A stretch of 64,000 nt of DNA from Macrostomum lignano (Eukaryota). The stretch is taken from contig NIVC01001175.1 in the NCBI GenBank assembly GCA_002269645.1, positions 62,001 through 126,000 on the forward strand. The letters are read 5' to 3'. The position numbers and the translations under genes are program-made. The notes beneath the pieces were generated by a model. That model was not told the DNA's origin. It saw only the letters and a program-made list of their open reading frames with translations, and did not search any database. Positions 1 to 11,794 of this stretch are shown here, piece by piece (positions within the stretch are counted from its first letter, which is position 1; the number at the start of each line of letters is the position of its first letter).

Positions 1-95
1 CGGTGTGTCTGGATGTACTTTTACTGGCCTTTTTTCATAGGAGTCATTGAGACTTTTTCAGGTAGGTAGGAGTAAAGTAAATCTATTGGATACAG

Positions 96-488
96 ATAGA
101 TGGTCTCTTAGATATTATCTTGGTATCTTAGATAGTCTCTTAGTATTTTAGATATTCTCTTGGTATCTTAGATAGTCTCTTAGTATTTTAGATATTCTCT
201 TAGTATCTTAGATATTCTCTTAGTATCTTAGATATTCTCTTAGTATCTTAGATATTCTCTTAGATTGTCTTTTAGATAGTCTCTTATATAGTCTCTTAGA
301 AATTCTCTCAGTAGCTTAGATAGTCTCTTAGATATTCTCTTAGTATCTTAGATATTCTCTTAGATTGTCTTTTAGATAGTCTCTTATATAGTCTCTTAGA
401 AATTCTCTCAGTAGCTTAGATATTCTCTTAGATAGTCTCTTAGATCTTCTCTTAGTATCTTAGACATTCTTTTAGATAGTCTCTTACT
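96..488. repeat. AT-rich minisatellite, ~20-nt unit TAGATATTCTCTTAGTATCT
   Basis: Direct tandem repetition with variants; ends approximate. Confidence 0.9.
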
Positions 489-633
489 ATTTTTTATAAA
501 TATTAATGTGTATTAATCATAGATAGATCATCATATCTTACATGCAGCCTCTCCTGAAAGTATAATGTTCATATTATGTAACCTAGCGAAACATTTTACT
601 GTTTATAATGGAAGAAAGTGCAAAAATACCAAG

Positions 634-654
634 GCAGCCAATGGCAGCCAATAG
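634..654 (+). promoter_or_regulatory. Tandem CCAAT (NF-Y-type) boxes ~160-180 nt upstream of ATG 812
   Basis: GCAGCCAATG-GCAGCCAATAG; both fit the RRCCAATSR-like consensus. Confidence 0.45.
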
Positions 655-811
655 GAACCCTGGAACAGTTTCTGTTGGCCAAAGGGGAAGAAAGTTGCCT
701 GCAAAAAACCTGCCACAAAATTCTTCTGCGACCAAGCAATAAAATCTCTTGGTTTTTCAACTGTCCGCTCAGCTCTTGCTGCTAATTAATAAACAATAAA
801 TCAGACATCTG

Positions 812-1719
812 ATGGGTTCCAATCTGAGTAGCCCCGTGAGCAATCGGCAATCCACCGCCACCAAGGCCGCCAGCAATTTCTGGCACGAGATGACCAGCTT
901 CGACGCCAATTACCATGGCAACGGCTATTGCATTGTCTCTTCTCCTAGTGGCATTCTTGCCCTGCCGCAGCAGCCGGCCTCCAACCTGGCCAACGATCTG
1001 GGCAAGTCCACGCCCCAGTCTGAGGAGGACAACAGCGCCGTCCAGGTAGACAGCAGCAGCCTGCGGGAGTTCAACACCAGCTATGCTTATTATTCAACGG
1101 CTATGCAGCTGCAGCTGCGGGCTCGCCGCCACAATGCCAGCGTTGTCAGGGCGGCTGGGTCGGCGGCGGAGCCGCCCAAGCTACCGCCTCGTCGGCCGCC
1201 GACTCTTAGCTTGGCTCAGCATCAGCTTCATCATCAGCAGCATCATCAGCAGCATCATTACGTTTACAGCGTTGGCTATGCCGCCCCGAATCAGTTAGTC
1301 AAGCCTACCGCCGATGACTCGTTGCCATGGAAACTAAAACAACAGAAGCAGTTTCCTCCTCCTCATCCACCGCCGCCTCCGCCTCCCCCTCCACCAGTGC
1401 AGCAGCGCCTCAGCTTGATGCCTCATCACCAGCATCATCAGTCTGCTCCTGTCACTCCGTTCGATTGTCAGACAGCTTATCGCGGAGCTGGCAACCTCCG
1501 TCAGCGTCAGCGTCGACAGCAATTAAGTTATGCGTCCCCAATGCCGAACCTTGAGATTGCTGCTGCTGCTGATTTTGCTTGCGACTGGCGGCAGCAGCAG
1601 CAGCAGCTCCAGATTGACTTCTTCTGTTGGCTTCAACTGCCTGCGTTGGATTGGTCTCTTGACTACTGTCTGGATAGCATTGATAGTCCGAAGCTGGGAA
1701 AAATGCTTTATAGAGACAG
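812..1719 (+). CDS. Q/H/P-rich low-complexity coding exon; putative upstream exon of the SLK-like gene
   Basis: 303-codon ORF ending at a strong donor AG|GTGAGA (1719/1720) in phase 2, matching the phase-2 acceptor at 11256/11257. In-frame TAA at 797-799. A possible acceptor (CTAAT...TCAG) at 804 would instead make it an internal symmetric exon. Confidence 0.65.
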
Positions 1720-1795
1720 GTGAGAGATGTGCTCGGCTTCTTTAATGCTGTCATTTAGGAGAATTTTGACTGAAGTTTTAGCTACTTAATGCGTT

Positions 1796-2290
1796 TCAGG
1801 TCATTATCGTAGGCTACCAGTAATTGTCAGTCATTACTGTAGACTATTAAGTTTCAAGTCATTAGTGTAGACTATTAAGTGCCAGGTCTTTAGTGTAGGC
1901 TATTAAATGCCAGGTCATTAGTTTAGGCTATTAAATGCCAGGTCATTAGTTTAGGCTATTAAATGCCAGGTCATTAGTTTAGGCTATTAAATGCCAGGTC
2001 ATTAGTTTAGGCTATTAAATGCCAGGTCATTAGTTTAGGCTATTAAATGCCAGGTCATTAGTTTAGGCTATTAAGTGTCAGGTCATTAGTGTAGGCTATT
2101 AAGTGTCAGGTCATTAGTGTAGGCTATTAAGTTTCAGGTCTTTAGTGTAGGTTATTAAATGCCAGGTCATTAGTTTAGGCTATTAAGTGTCAGGTCATTA
2201 GTGTATGCTATTAAGTGTCAGGTCTTTAGTGTAGGATATTAAGTGTCGGGTCATTAGTGAAAGCCATTAAGTATCAATTCATTAGCATAT
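1796..2290. repeat. 28-nt minisatellite CAGGTCATTAGTTTAGGCTATTAAATGC
   Basis: Period 28 (1911 to 1939). Confidence 0.95.
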
Positions 2291-3371
2291 GTCATTGTCA
2301 AATCATTAGGCTAGATTATAAAAGTACAGGTCATTGGCTTAAACAATAAAGCACTAGGTCATTAGTATATATTCTAAAGTGCATACGCTCGTATGAAATT
2401 TGAGCGCTAGGTTTGCCTGTAGGGTCGAATTCAGAGTATGAGCCAGGTCATTCGAAAGCACACAAGTATTCGACTAAGGTCAGCCACTGCCTTGCTCCAT
2501 CCAGTGAAAATATATTAATTTCCGGACTTCGTTGGCTTCCAAGACAGGCAGACAGGATGTCAGCTATTGTGATGCATGCGCCCTGGCTGCCTCACAGCTG
2601 TTCCACATGCTGGTAACTAGGGTGGTAATCAGTCCTATATTGCTGTAGGGTTACCCGACACCTCCCCACTAATCAGCGTTACATATAATATATGTAGGCC
2701 CGTGTCCAATTCCAGCTAACCCCCGCAACCCTGCCCCAGCTTCACCCTTTGGCATCATCAGCCTTGGCTTCATCTGGTCTGTCAGAATTGAGGGATTGTA
2801 TCTCCATCCTTGTGTAGAGATCTGCGTGCCCTCGGTCGAGTCCATCTGCATATCTGGCCTAGTAGTCCAGTACAGGCCACCGACAGTATCCCCTTGACTC
2901 GCTGATTCTTCCCTATATTCCCGCCGCTACTGCTGCAGCTGCTGCAGAATGAACAGTGGGCTTCATCATCAGCTTCAAGAGTTGCTTTTCTCGGCCTAAC
3001 TCGTTAACAAGGGAAAAAGTGAAAGCGGAGAGAGAGACTATCTAGATTGCCTTGAGCTAGCTGTCTCAATTATCCGCCACATTCCCCAGCTGTTTCACAG
3101 TCTCCATGCGCTGCTTTCTAATATTGGAAAATCATCATTCTAAATATGATTATGATTGCTAGTGCAGTCAGTTCGTTAAGTGGATAGTTATGTTTTGTGT
3201 ATGATGTTCATCTTTATTACTAGTGGTATGTATACTGATGGAGCGCTGTGTTTTAAGATGCAGTGTAGAGGGTCGTCCCTAGTCTTTTAACTCATTATGT
3301 AGATCGTTTATATTACCAAAGATGGGTAATTAATGTGTAGAAAGTGAAATAAAGAGGCTGATATAGCAATG

Positions 3372-3510
3372 GAACAGATGGGGCAGAGAGGTGGAAAAGA
3401 TGGGGCAGAGAGGTGGAAAAGATTGGGCAGAGACATGGAAGAGATCGGGCAGAGACATGGAAGAGATCGGGTAGAGACATGGAAGAGATCGGGCAGAGAG
3501 GTGGAAAATA
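3372..3510. repeat. Purine-rich ~20-21-nt tandem repeat (GGGCAGAGAGGTGGAAAAGAT-like)
   Basis: About 6-7 degenerate units. Confidence 0.8.
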
Positions 3511-4329
3511 AAAATAGCAAGGATGGGGGTTGGCCGAGAAGAAACCTGTCGGGCCAAAGGATTCAAGAGGTCAATCAGCTATTCAGGCAATGAAATATTA
3601 TTTAGAAATTATACTTAACAGTCTCTTAGAGTCACTGATGATTCATTAATAGGTGACTCCTCAATCATCAGGAATATCGCATTCCATTATTCTGCTTCAT
3701 TATAATTCCCTCCCAAGTTATTCAGGTGCACACGGCTAAGCCGTTTTATTAAATGCTTTTATTTATTCAGCGGCTGGCACCGGGTGTTACAGACACCTGT
3801 CAGTCAGGTGCGCCGGACAGGAACCACCCGGGTGTGTCCGAGAATTTTGTTATTGTGTGTTGCGTGTCCCGCTAGTGCATGACTGTTTTTTCACCAAAAG
3901 AATTTCATCCATTTCTATGAGATTCTTTAGTAGTGCTGCCTCTGTCAAGCAGGTCTTGATGCCGATATGTTGTGTAATAATAATAACTTGCGGGCAAAAA
4001 TTCTGAACTGATAAGGCAAATCAACCTGTAAATGCCCGATAGGCTTGAAAGTTCTGTTAGAAGCTGTCTCTCCCTCTCTTATCTTAGAATCTGCTGCCGC
4101 TTTCCCTCCTAGCTGTCTATACAAAATAAATTTGCCTTTCTGCCCGATCTCTCGTGACCCCAGGTGCCCTCTCCTCACCTCCTCCCACCTCTAACTTGGC
4201 AAAATTTCTCCTAGATTTTGTTGCCTCTAGGAGGAGTGGGAAATATTCTATGCACGACGGTTATTTCTAACCTCTCCGCTATTAACTGGTCCAGCGATAA
4301 CAGCTTTATTGTGTGCGGCCTTGCTTTTA

Positions 4330-5633
4330 CGAGGGATACTCCAAAAGTTTTGCAATTCAACCACTTGCGCAAGTCGCACAATCTTCAAAACCAACTCTCT
4401 GTACAATAAACATGTACATAGTCCCCACCTCAATTTTCAAGTGAATTCATACATATACGCCTGCTCAGCCCCCAGTCAAAGTCAGAGACTCCTTAACTGT
4501 ACAGCTGCAGCCATGGAATTGAATCGTGAGCAGAATCGGCTACTAATTTGGTACTGCCACAAGCGAAAGCTCACGGCGCTTGAGACTCATGCCGAGCTAC
4601 TAGCAACATTGGAGGCTCAAGCGCCGTCATATGCTACGGTTACACGCTGGTACCGCGAGTTCCAGGCCGGCAGGACCAGCTTTTCTGACGACCCCCGGCC
4701 CGGGAGACCTCCGACAGCAGCGACGGAGGAAAACATCGCTGCAGTGCAGGAGCCGATTCATCAGGATCCGCGAATCACCACGGACATGCTAGCTATGAAT
4801 GTCGGCATTGGATCGGCAGCGGTCGATACGATTCTACACGATCACCTGAGAGTCAGGAAGCTTTGTGCCCGATGGATACCCCACATCCTGACAGATGCTC
4901 AGAAACAGGCCCGCAGGGAGTTCTGTCAGTTTCTCATCGATCGATATGAGCACGGGAGCCATCAGCGCCGCTCTGAGGTCATCACTGGTGATGAGACGTT
5001 TCTCTATCATTTTGACGTCGAGACAAAGCGCAGCAGTGCAGAGTGGGTGCCGAAAGGTGGTCAACGACCCCTGAAAGCAAGGCGGTCCCGGTCCCAGGGC
5101 AAGCGGATGTTTGCCATCTTCTTCGACTCACAAGGCGTGGTGGCGATGGTGAAGCTGGAGGGTCAAGCTACAGTCACTGCTCGATGGTACACTGAAGAGT
5201 GCTTGCCAGTCGTGATCGACAGCGTGACCCAGAGGGCGCCAAGGACGGGAATGCGAGGGCAGAAACTTCACCATGACAACGCCCCCGCCCACACGGCTGC
5301 TGCAACTCGAGCGTTCCTGGACCAAGAGGGCATTTCAACACTACCACACCCGCCCTACTCACCAGACCTCGCCCCCTGCGACTTCTGGCTCTTTCCAGAA
5401 ATCAAAAAGTCGCTTAGGGGGCACAGGTTTCAGTCCGACGAGGAGCTGGAGCAGGCGGCGAAGGAGGCGATTGACGGCATCCCAATTGAAGACTTCCAGG
5501 GCTTGATGAACAAGTGGCTCGGACGACGCACAAGTGTTTGCAGTTCCGGGGAGCCTTTGAAGGATTGTAATAGAAAAGTTTGGCAAAATTAACTTTAAAT
5601 AGTTGAATTGCAAAACTTTTAGAGTATCCCTCG
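4330..5633 (+). mobile_element. Tc1/mariner DNA transposon (DD34D), full length, 1304 bp
   Basis: 32-bp TIRs CGAGGGATACTC(C/T)AAAAGTTTTGCAATTCAAC at 4330-4361 and 5602-5633 (1 mismatch); TA target duplication on both sides; transposase inside. Confidence 0.97.
4513..5592 (+). CDS. Mariner transposase; extreme C-terminus probably frameshifted near 5526
   Basis: WIPHIL (WVPHEL-type), TGDET, HHDNA and YSPDLAPCDFWLFP motifs; 34 residues between 2nd and 3rd catalytic Asp. The expected ending (HKCLQFRG...FEGL*) sits in other frames. Confidence 0.9.
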   Translation: MELNREQNRLLIWYCHKRKLTALETHAELLATLEAQAPSYATVTRWYREFQAGRTSFSDDPRPGRPPTAATEENIAAVQEPIHQDPRITTDMLAMNVGIGSAAVDTILHDHLRVRKLCARWIPHILTDAQKQARREFCQFLIDRYEHGSHQRRSEVITGDETFLYHFDVETKRSSAEWVPKGGQRPLKARRSRSQGKRMFAIFFDSQGVVAMVKLEGQATVTARWYTEECLPVVIDSVTQRAPRTGMRGQKLHHDNAPAHTAAATRAFLDQEGISTLPHPPYSPDLAPCDFWLFPEIKKSLRGHRFQSDEELEQAAKEAIDGIPIEDFQGLMNKWLGRRTSVCSSGEPLKDCNRKVWQN

Positions 5634-5764
5634 TATGGCCTTTACTTTCAATGCCTCTGCCTGATTTTTGCATATGCGATTTGCCTTTGTTTGGATTTCA
5701 GATTTTCCCATGGTGTACATGTAACTATGGGCCAAATTTTGTCACCTTGTAAGTGACCCTTAAA

Positions 5765-6546
5765 AATCCTCTCTCAGATCCCTAAGTTAACCTCCCCTAT
5801 AAATCTCTCAGATCCCTCTTGACCTCCCCTATAAACCTCTCAGATCCCTCTTGACCTCCCCTATAAATATCTTCTCAGACAGATCCCTCTTGACCTCCCC
5901 TATAAATATCTTCTCAGACAGATCCCTCTTGACCTCCCCTATAAATATCTTCTCAGACAGATCCCTCTTGACCTCCCCTGTTAATCCCCTCTCAGATCCC
6001 TCAGCTGACCTCCCCTGTAAATCCCCTCTTAGATCCCTCAGCTGACCTCCCCTGTAAATCCCCTCTTAGATCCCTCAGCTGACCTCCCCTGTAAATCCCC
6101 TCTTAGATCCCTCAGCTGACCTCCCCTGTAAATCCCCTCTTAGATCCCTCAGCTGACCTCCCCTGTAAATCCCCTCTTAGATCCCTCAGCTGACCTCCCC
6201 TGTAAATCCCCTCTTAGATCCCTCAGCTGACCTCCCCTGTAAATCCCCTCTTAGATCCCTCAGCTGACCTCCCCTATAAATCCCCTCTCAGATCCCCAGT
6301 TGACCTCCCCCTGTAAATACCCTCTCAGATTTCTCAGTTGACCTCCCCTGTAAATCTCCTCTTAGATCCCTCAGCTGACCTCCCCTGTAAATCCCCTCTT
6401 AGATCCCTCAGCTGACCTCCCCTATAAATCCCCTCTCAGATCCCCAGTTGACCTCCCCCTGTAAATACCCTCTCAGATCCCTCAGCTGACCTCCCCTGTA
6501 AATCCCCTCTTAGATCCCTCAGCTGACCTCCCCTGTAAATCCCCCT
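5765..6546. repeat. ~37-nt C-rich minisatellite GATCCCTCAGCTGACCTCCCCTGTAAATCCCCTCTTA
   Basis: Period 37 (6001 to 6038); variant units at left end. Confidence 0.95.
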
Positions 6547-7276
6547 CAGTGCTGAAGTTTAGCTTTTGCTGATCGCAAATTTCTCTGAGCAAACCCTACC
6601 CCATGCTCCAGTTCCCACCATCATCTTCACTGCAAATTTTGCGTTTTTGTGGTTTGAAATTTTCTCTTTCAAGCCGGCCCCGAGTGCCAATCTGTTGCTA
6701 ATCAAGTGCCCTCCCCCTCACCCCCGAGGGATTGTTGGCCCCCCGCCAATTCATGATGAATTGGCGTCAATGCCTATAGAGAAAGACTGCTTGCTCAGGC
6801 CAGCTGCTCACACTTCACCGGCTAATCCAGTTTGGCAAGGCCTTCCTTATCCCTTCCCCACTCTCTTGAAGCTGTGCCCCTCAGCTCAACTGTGGTCAGA
6901 TTGCTGGGGACAACTGCTGCCGGTACATGCAAGCTCTGATCAAGCAGTCCGCGTCTTCCCAAAATCAATGATCCCCGCGGTTGGAAAACTTTCCCTCTCC
7001 AACCCGCACACTTTCTCCCCTCTAATTTTTTACTGAATCTGTCGGCTCGGCCTCTCAATTTGCCAGATCCGTCCATGGCATCCCATCGGATTGACCGAGT
7101 TAGAATCTTGTTTTTTCCCATCTCCCCTATATGTAGAATGTAATCTGACACTTATTCTTAGGCTAACAATAATATTTACACTTCATCTTTTACTGTCCAG
7201 TTCACGAGTACTCGGAGAATAATTTATTGTGTCGTACTCGTATAAATCATTACTTGATTAATATTCCGGTCATAAA

Positions 7277-7468
7277 CTATAGACGTATGGGCCATAGACT
7301 ATAGACGCATAGACCATAGTCTGGCCATAGACTATAGACGCATAGATCATAGTCTGGCCATAGACTATAGACGCATATGACCATATTCTGGCCATAGACT
7401 ATAGACGCATAGATCATAGTCTGGCCATAGACTATAGACGCATATGGCCATAGTCTGGTCATAGACTA
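7277..7468. repeat. 33-34-nt minisatellite CATAGACTATAGACGCATAGATCATAGTCTGGC
   Basis: About 5-6 partly self-complementary units. Confidence 0.9.
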
Positions 7469-7919
7469 CTAGCCAGTGAATGGCCATAAACATTCTTAGA
7501 TGGCGGTGGGCCGCCTGTCGTGTTTCAACCTCGTAGTTTTAAGACACATCGAACTTTCCCTCCCTTTCTTCTTGATTTAAAAACAGGCAAAATAAACAAA
7601 ACGTCTATGTAATCCGCTGTAAAAGAATGCTTGTGCATGTACGTTAGCGTGCTTAATTAGAAAAAAAGTTGCCGAAATACCCCCCTTTGGCACGATCGGC
7701 TCCATCAAAAGGAAGAAGGGGGCGGGAAGATACTCAAGTTAGACTGAGGCGGAGAGGCAAAGAGAGTTCGCGTCCTCATATATTGGTCAAAGGGATTTTG
7801 GCAGTGAAAAAAATTGCCTTCAAAGACTTGGACGCCTTGGCTGGCAACAAAGGGCTCGGGAGATTTTTTTTGCAGCTTAGCAGAACCGCGGCTAGCAGAA
7901 AAAAGTGAGGCTGTTCTGT

Positions 7920-7933
7920 GTTGCTATGGTAAC
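7920..7933. promoter_or_regulatory. RFX X-box-like motif GTTGCTATGGTAAC in an intronic promoter-like patch
   Basis: 12/14 match to palindromic GTTGCCATGGCAAC; GC box GGGGCGGG at 7719-7726 and reverse CCAAT at 7782-7786 nearby. Confidence 0.45.
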
Positions 7934-8221
7934 ATTAATTCACTTATATAGTGCCCGACAAACCAGAGATTTTTTATTCTGAAACCTAGGGCGGCTGAAG
8001 TTGGAGATTAAAAAAGCAATTTTCCAATTATGCAAATCAGTAATTTCCTTGATTTTATCGTGCTTAACGATTTACAGATTTCTATTGCGATTTTAATTTA
8101 ACGAATTTTACCAATTTGTATTGTTACTCGACTCTTGCTGCTGCGATATTATGCATAGAGACTGCCAGTTTTGCCACTTTTTATCATACTAGTGCCATTC
8201 TTGCACGCCACTATCCGTCAC

Positions 8222-8492
8222 AATTGGGCCAGATGTGCAACCGACAGCTCAGCCGCAGCTATTGCACGGCAAATCTGAAGGCTGCGTACGGCTGTTCAGT
8301 CCAAGGACTGGGGGGTCGCCACACACACCCTCAGTTACCCCAGCTAATGCTGGCACCCATTTTACAGCTGGGTGAACTGAAGCAATGCAGAGTTAAGTGT
8401 CTTGCTCAAGGACACAAATTGTTTTAGTAGGATCAGGAATCGAACCCCGACCTTCAAGTCGTGAGCCTGACGCTGTAACCACTAAACTACAA
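8222..8492 (-). mobile_element. tRNA-derived SINE (CORE/L2-tail-like body); left end approximate
   Basis: Minus-strand head with A box TAGTTTAGTGG (8479-8489) and B box GGTTCGATTCC (8436-8446); body has GTTAAGTGTCTTGCTCAAGGACAC and TTTACAGCTGGGTG motifs typical of such SINEs. Confidence 0.75.
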
Positions 8493-8982
8493 TCGTCTTT
8501 AAGAATGGGAAGAATGGCACTGGTTTCCTCATATCCATTACAAAAGTCATCTTTACCACCTAACCTATTTCAATATCACAGCCATTTTTATTCCTTTCAA
8601 ATTTATTAAAGCTAAAACAAATTTCTCCAACTTGGTTTTTCTATAAATTCTAAATTAGTTTAGCGCTCAGCTCGTGAACGAAATCGAATTTCCAATTCCA
8701 ACGGAAAAGTCAGAGAATTGTGCGCACTTTTGTTTCCTGAATTACAAAGCTAGCTATAGTGGCCGGTGCTCGCTAGTCTGCTTGGGCGCTTAGAGACATA
8801 CGCTTGTATTCGTCTGGGTGCAGAAAGCATTTTTTAAATTTGGTTAATGCCTCTCGTGACCATGCACCACCCACCATCCCTACCGCAGCTGCGGCACGCG
8901 ACTGCTGAATCTAAATATGATTGGATGGGTTTACTGCACCCGGTGCTGACCGCTGTTTCACATGGAGTGTCGGACTTCTCTC

Positions 8983-9700
8983 TCCCTCTTCTCACCCTCT
9001 TCCCCTCTCCCTCCTCTCACGCTCTTCCCCTCTCCCCCTCTCACCCTCTTCCCCTCTCCCCCTCTCACCCTCTTCCCCTCTCCCTCTCTCCTCTTTTCGA
9101 TCTCCCCTCTCACCCCTTCCCCTCTCCCTCCTATCACCCTCTTCCCCTCTCCCTCTCTCCTCTTTTCGATCTCCCCTCTCACCCCTTCCCCTCTTCCTCC
9201 TATCACCCTCTTCCCCTCTCCCTCCTATCACCCTCTTCCCCTCTCCCTCCTATCACCCTCTTCCCCTCTCCCTCCTCTCACCCTTCTTCCCCTCTCCCTC
9301 CTATCACCCTCTTCCCTCTCCCTCCTATCACCCTCTTCCCCTCTCCCTCCTATCACCCTCTTCCCTACTCCCTCCTACCACCCTCTTCCCCTCTCCCTCC
9401 TATCACCCTCTTCCCCTCTCCCTCCTCTCACCCTTCTTCCCCTCTCCCTCCTATCACCCTCTTCCCCTCTCCCTCCTATCACCCTCTTCCCCTCTCCCTC
9501 CTATCACCCTCTTCCCCTCTCCCTCCTCTCACCCTTCTTCCCCTCTCCCTCCTATCACCCTCTTCCCCTCTCCCTCCTATCACCCTCTTCCCCTCTCCCT
9601 CCTATCACCCTCTTCCCTACTCCCTCCTACCACCCTCTTCCCCTCTCCCTCCTATCACCCTCTTCCCCTCTCCCTCCTCTCACCCTCTTCCCCTCTCCCG
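8983..9700. repeat. Polypyrimidine minisatellite, ~25-nt unit CTCTTCCCCTCTCCCTCCTATCACC
   Basis: Tandem repetition; source of the spurious P/S/L-rich ORFs. Confidence 0.95.
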
Positions 9701-10159
9701 TTTAAAGCACATCCCATTGCAGCAGCACCAGGCATTTCTTTCTTTCTGTTAGTTGCAGTACAACTGATTGATGCAGCTTGCAAATCTCCTCTATTCATTT
9801 ATTAGCTGTAGAGCATGTGCATATGCCCAGCATTATGTGCCGAGTCATCAATCATGCTTAGTGATGCTGCCTGTTACAGGCCAGAGACTTTGCTCATTAG
9901 TTTCAGTTGGATAGAGCAACATCCCTAGGTATGAAACAGGATTATTCCATTATTTTAGGATGTTAAACCCTTACCATTGATTTACACTTCCTTCGACTAG
10001 TGCTGGCTTTCTACTGGAAATTATTTTTTAAGGTCAATCATTTTGGGTTAAAATAGAAGATCGGACTCATCGACTCATCGTACGCTGAGACTTTAGGGTC
10101 ACCTCTAACAATATAGATCAGATTTTGTATTTTATTTCTCTATACGCATGTATGGGGCG

Positions 10160-11220
10160 AGATTTTGTGACTGGTATCATTCGGTAGGGTGAGATTTTGG
10201 GACTGGTGTCATTCTGTAAGGTGAGATTTTGGGACTGGTGTCATTCTGTAGGGTGAGATTTTGGGACTCGTGTCATTCTGTAGGGTGAGATTTTGGGACT
10301 GGTGTCATTCGGTAGCGTGAGATTTTGGGACTGGTGTCATTCTGTAAGGTGAGATTTTGGGACTGGTGTCATTCTATAGGGTGAGATTTTTGGACTGGTG
10401 TCATTCTAAAGGGTGAGATTTTGGGCTGGTGTCATTCTGTAGGGTGAGATTTTGGGACTGGTGTCATTCTGTAGGGTGAGATTTTGGGACTGGTGTCATT
10501 CTGTAAGGTGAGATTTTGGGACTGGTGTCATTCGGTAGCGTGAGATTTTGGGACTGGTGTCATTCTGTAAGGTGAGATTTTGGGACTGGTGTCATTCTGT
10601 AGGGTGAGATTTTGGGACTGGTGTCATTCTGTAGAGTGAGATTTTGGGACTGGTGTCATTCTGTAAGGTGAGATTTTGGGACTGGTGTCATTCTATAGGG
10701 TGAGATTTTGGGACTGGTGTCATTCTATAGGGTGAGATTTTGGGACTGGTGTCATTCTATAGGGTGAGATTTTGGGACTGGTGTCATTCTGTAGGGTGAG
10801 ATTTTGGGACTGGTGTCATTCTATAGGGTGAGATTTTGGGACTGGTGTCATTCTATAGGGTGAGATTTTGGGACTGGTGTCATTCTGTAGGGTGAGATTT
10901 TGGGACTGGTGTCATTCTAAAGGGTGAGATTTTGGGACTGGTGTCATTCTGTAGGGTGAGATTTTGGGACTGGTGTCATTCTGTAGGATGAGATTTTGGG
11001 ACTGGTGTCATTCTGTAGAGTGAGATTTTGGGACTGCTGTCATTCGGTTGGGTGAGATTTTGGGACTGGTGTCATTCTATAGGGTGAGTTTTTGGGGCTG
11101 GTGTCAGTTTATAGGGTGATATTTCTGGGTCAATTTAATTCTACAGGGTGAGATTTCTGGGTCAATTTCATTCTACAAGGTGAGATTACGGGGTCAATTT
11201 CATCCTACAGGGTGAGATTT
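10160..11220. repeat. 32-nt minisatellite GGTGAGATTTTGGGACTGGTGTCATTCTGTAG (~28 core units)
   Basis: Period 32 (10221 to 10253); degenerates just before the acceptor at 11256. Confidence 0.95.
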
Positions 11221-11256
11221 CGGGGTCTCAGCATCTGTCTCTAAACGCACCTACAG

Positions 11257-11647
11257 ACGCGAGCAGCTCCGAGAGCAGAAGCTGCTCAACAAGGCGCACC
11301 AGAAGCAAGACACTGAGCTCAGCCTGCGGCATGAGCTGGAGAAGCAGAATCTGGAGCAGCGGTTCCGCCAGGAACTGCAGCTCCTGGCGAGAGATTTCGA
11401 CGCCGCCAAGGCGAGGCTTCGCCGTGAAGCTGACGAGGCGGAGCGCCAGATGAACCAGCAGTTTGAGAAGTCGCTCAGGCAGGAGACTCAGCGGGCCAAG
11501 GAGCAGCAGGAGCGGGGACTCCGGGACCTGCGCGACAGCCTCAGGCAGGACAAGAAGCGGCTGACCAGAGAGGAGCTGAAGAATTCTCAGCGCGAGCTCA
11601 AGGAGAAGGATAAGGAGGCCGAGCGGAGCCTTCTGCAGCGGCTGGCG
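11257..11647 (+). CDS. SLK: SLK/STK10-like C-terminal coiled coil (PKK region), exon A
   Basis: Acceptor CTACAG|A (phase 2), donor GCG|GTATGG. (R)REQLREQKLLNKAHQKQDTELSLRHELEKQNLEQRFRQEL resembles SLK RRQELRELRFLQKEEQRAQQQL...RRFEQEM. Confidence 0.85.
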
Positions 11648-11794
11648 GTATGGCTTAGATAATGTTTGATTTTAAGGAATCCTGAACTAATTCCATGTGA
11701 ATTAGCAATCCCAGTAAACCCGAACTTTACACCGACCCAACCCGAAAATTTGATTGGACGATTCTCCCAAAAATACCAAAACTCCCCAGCTAAT

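Noticed and set aside
41-61. Possible 21-nt microexon (TTTCATAG|...CAG|GTAGGT)
   Set aside because: The phase needed to join the 804 acceptor contains a TGA; no other support.
6566-7151. 156-aa and 109-aa ORFs in unique intronic DNA
   Set aside because: No recognisable domain, codon bias or compatible splice sites.
8430-8492. tRNA-like sequences here and at 34590-34655
   Set aside because: A and B boxes are present but they run into SINE bodies (the second with an A-tail and TSD) without a full cloverleaf; called SINE heads.
8847-9805. P/S/L-rich ~300-aa ORFs
   Set aside because: The polypyrimidine repeat cannot encode stops on this strand.
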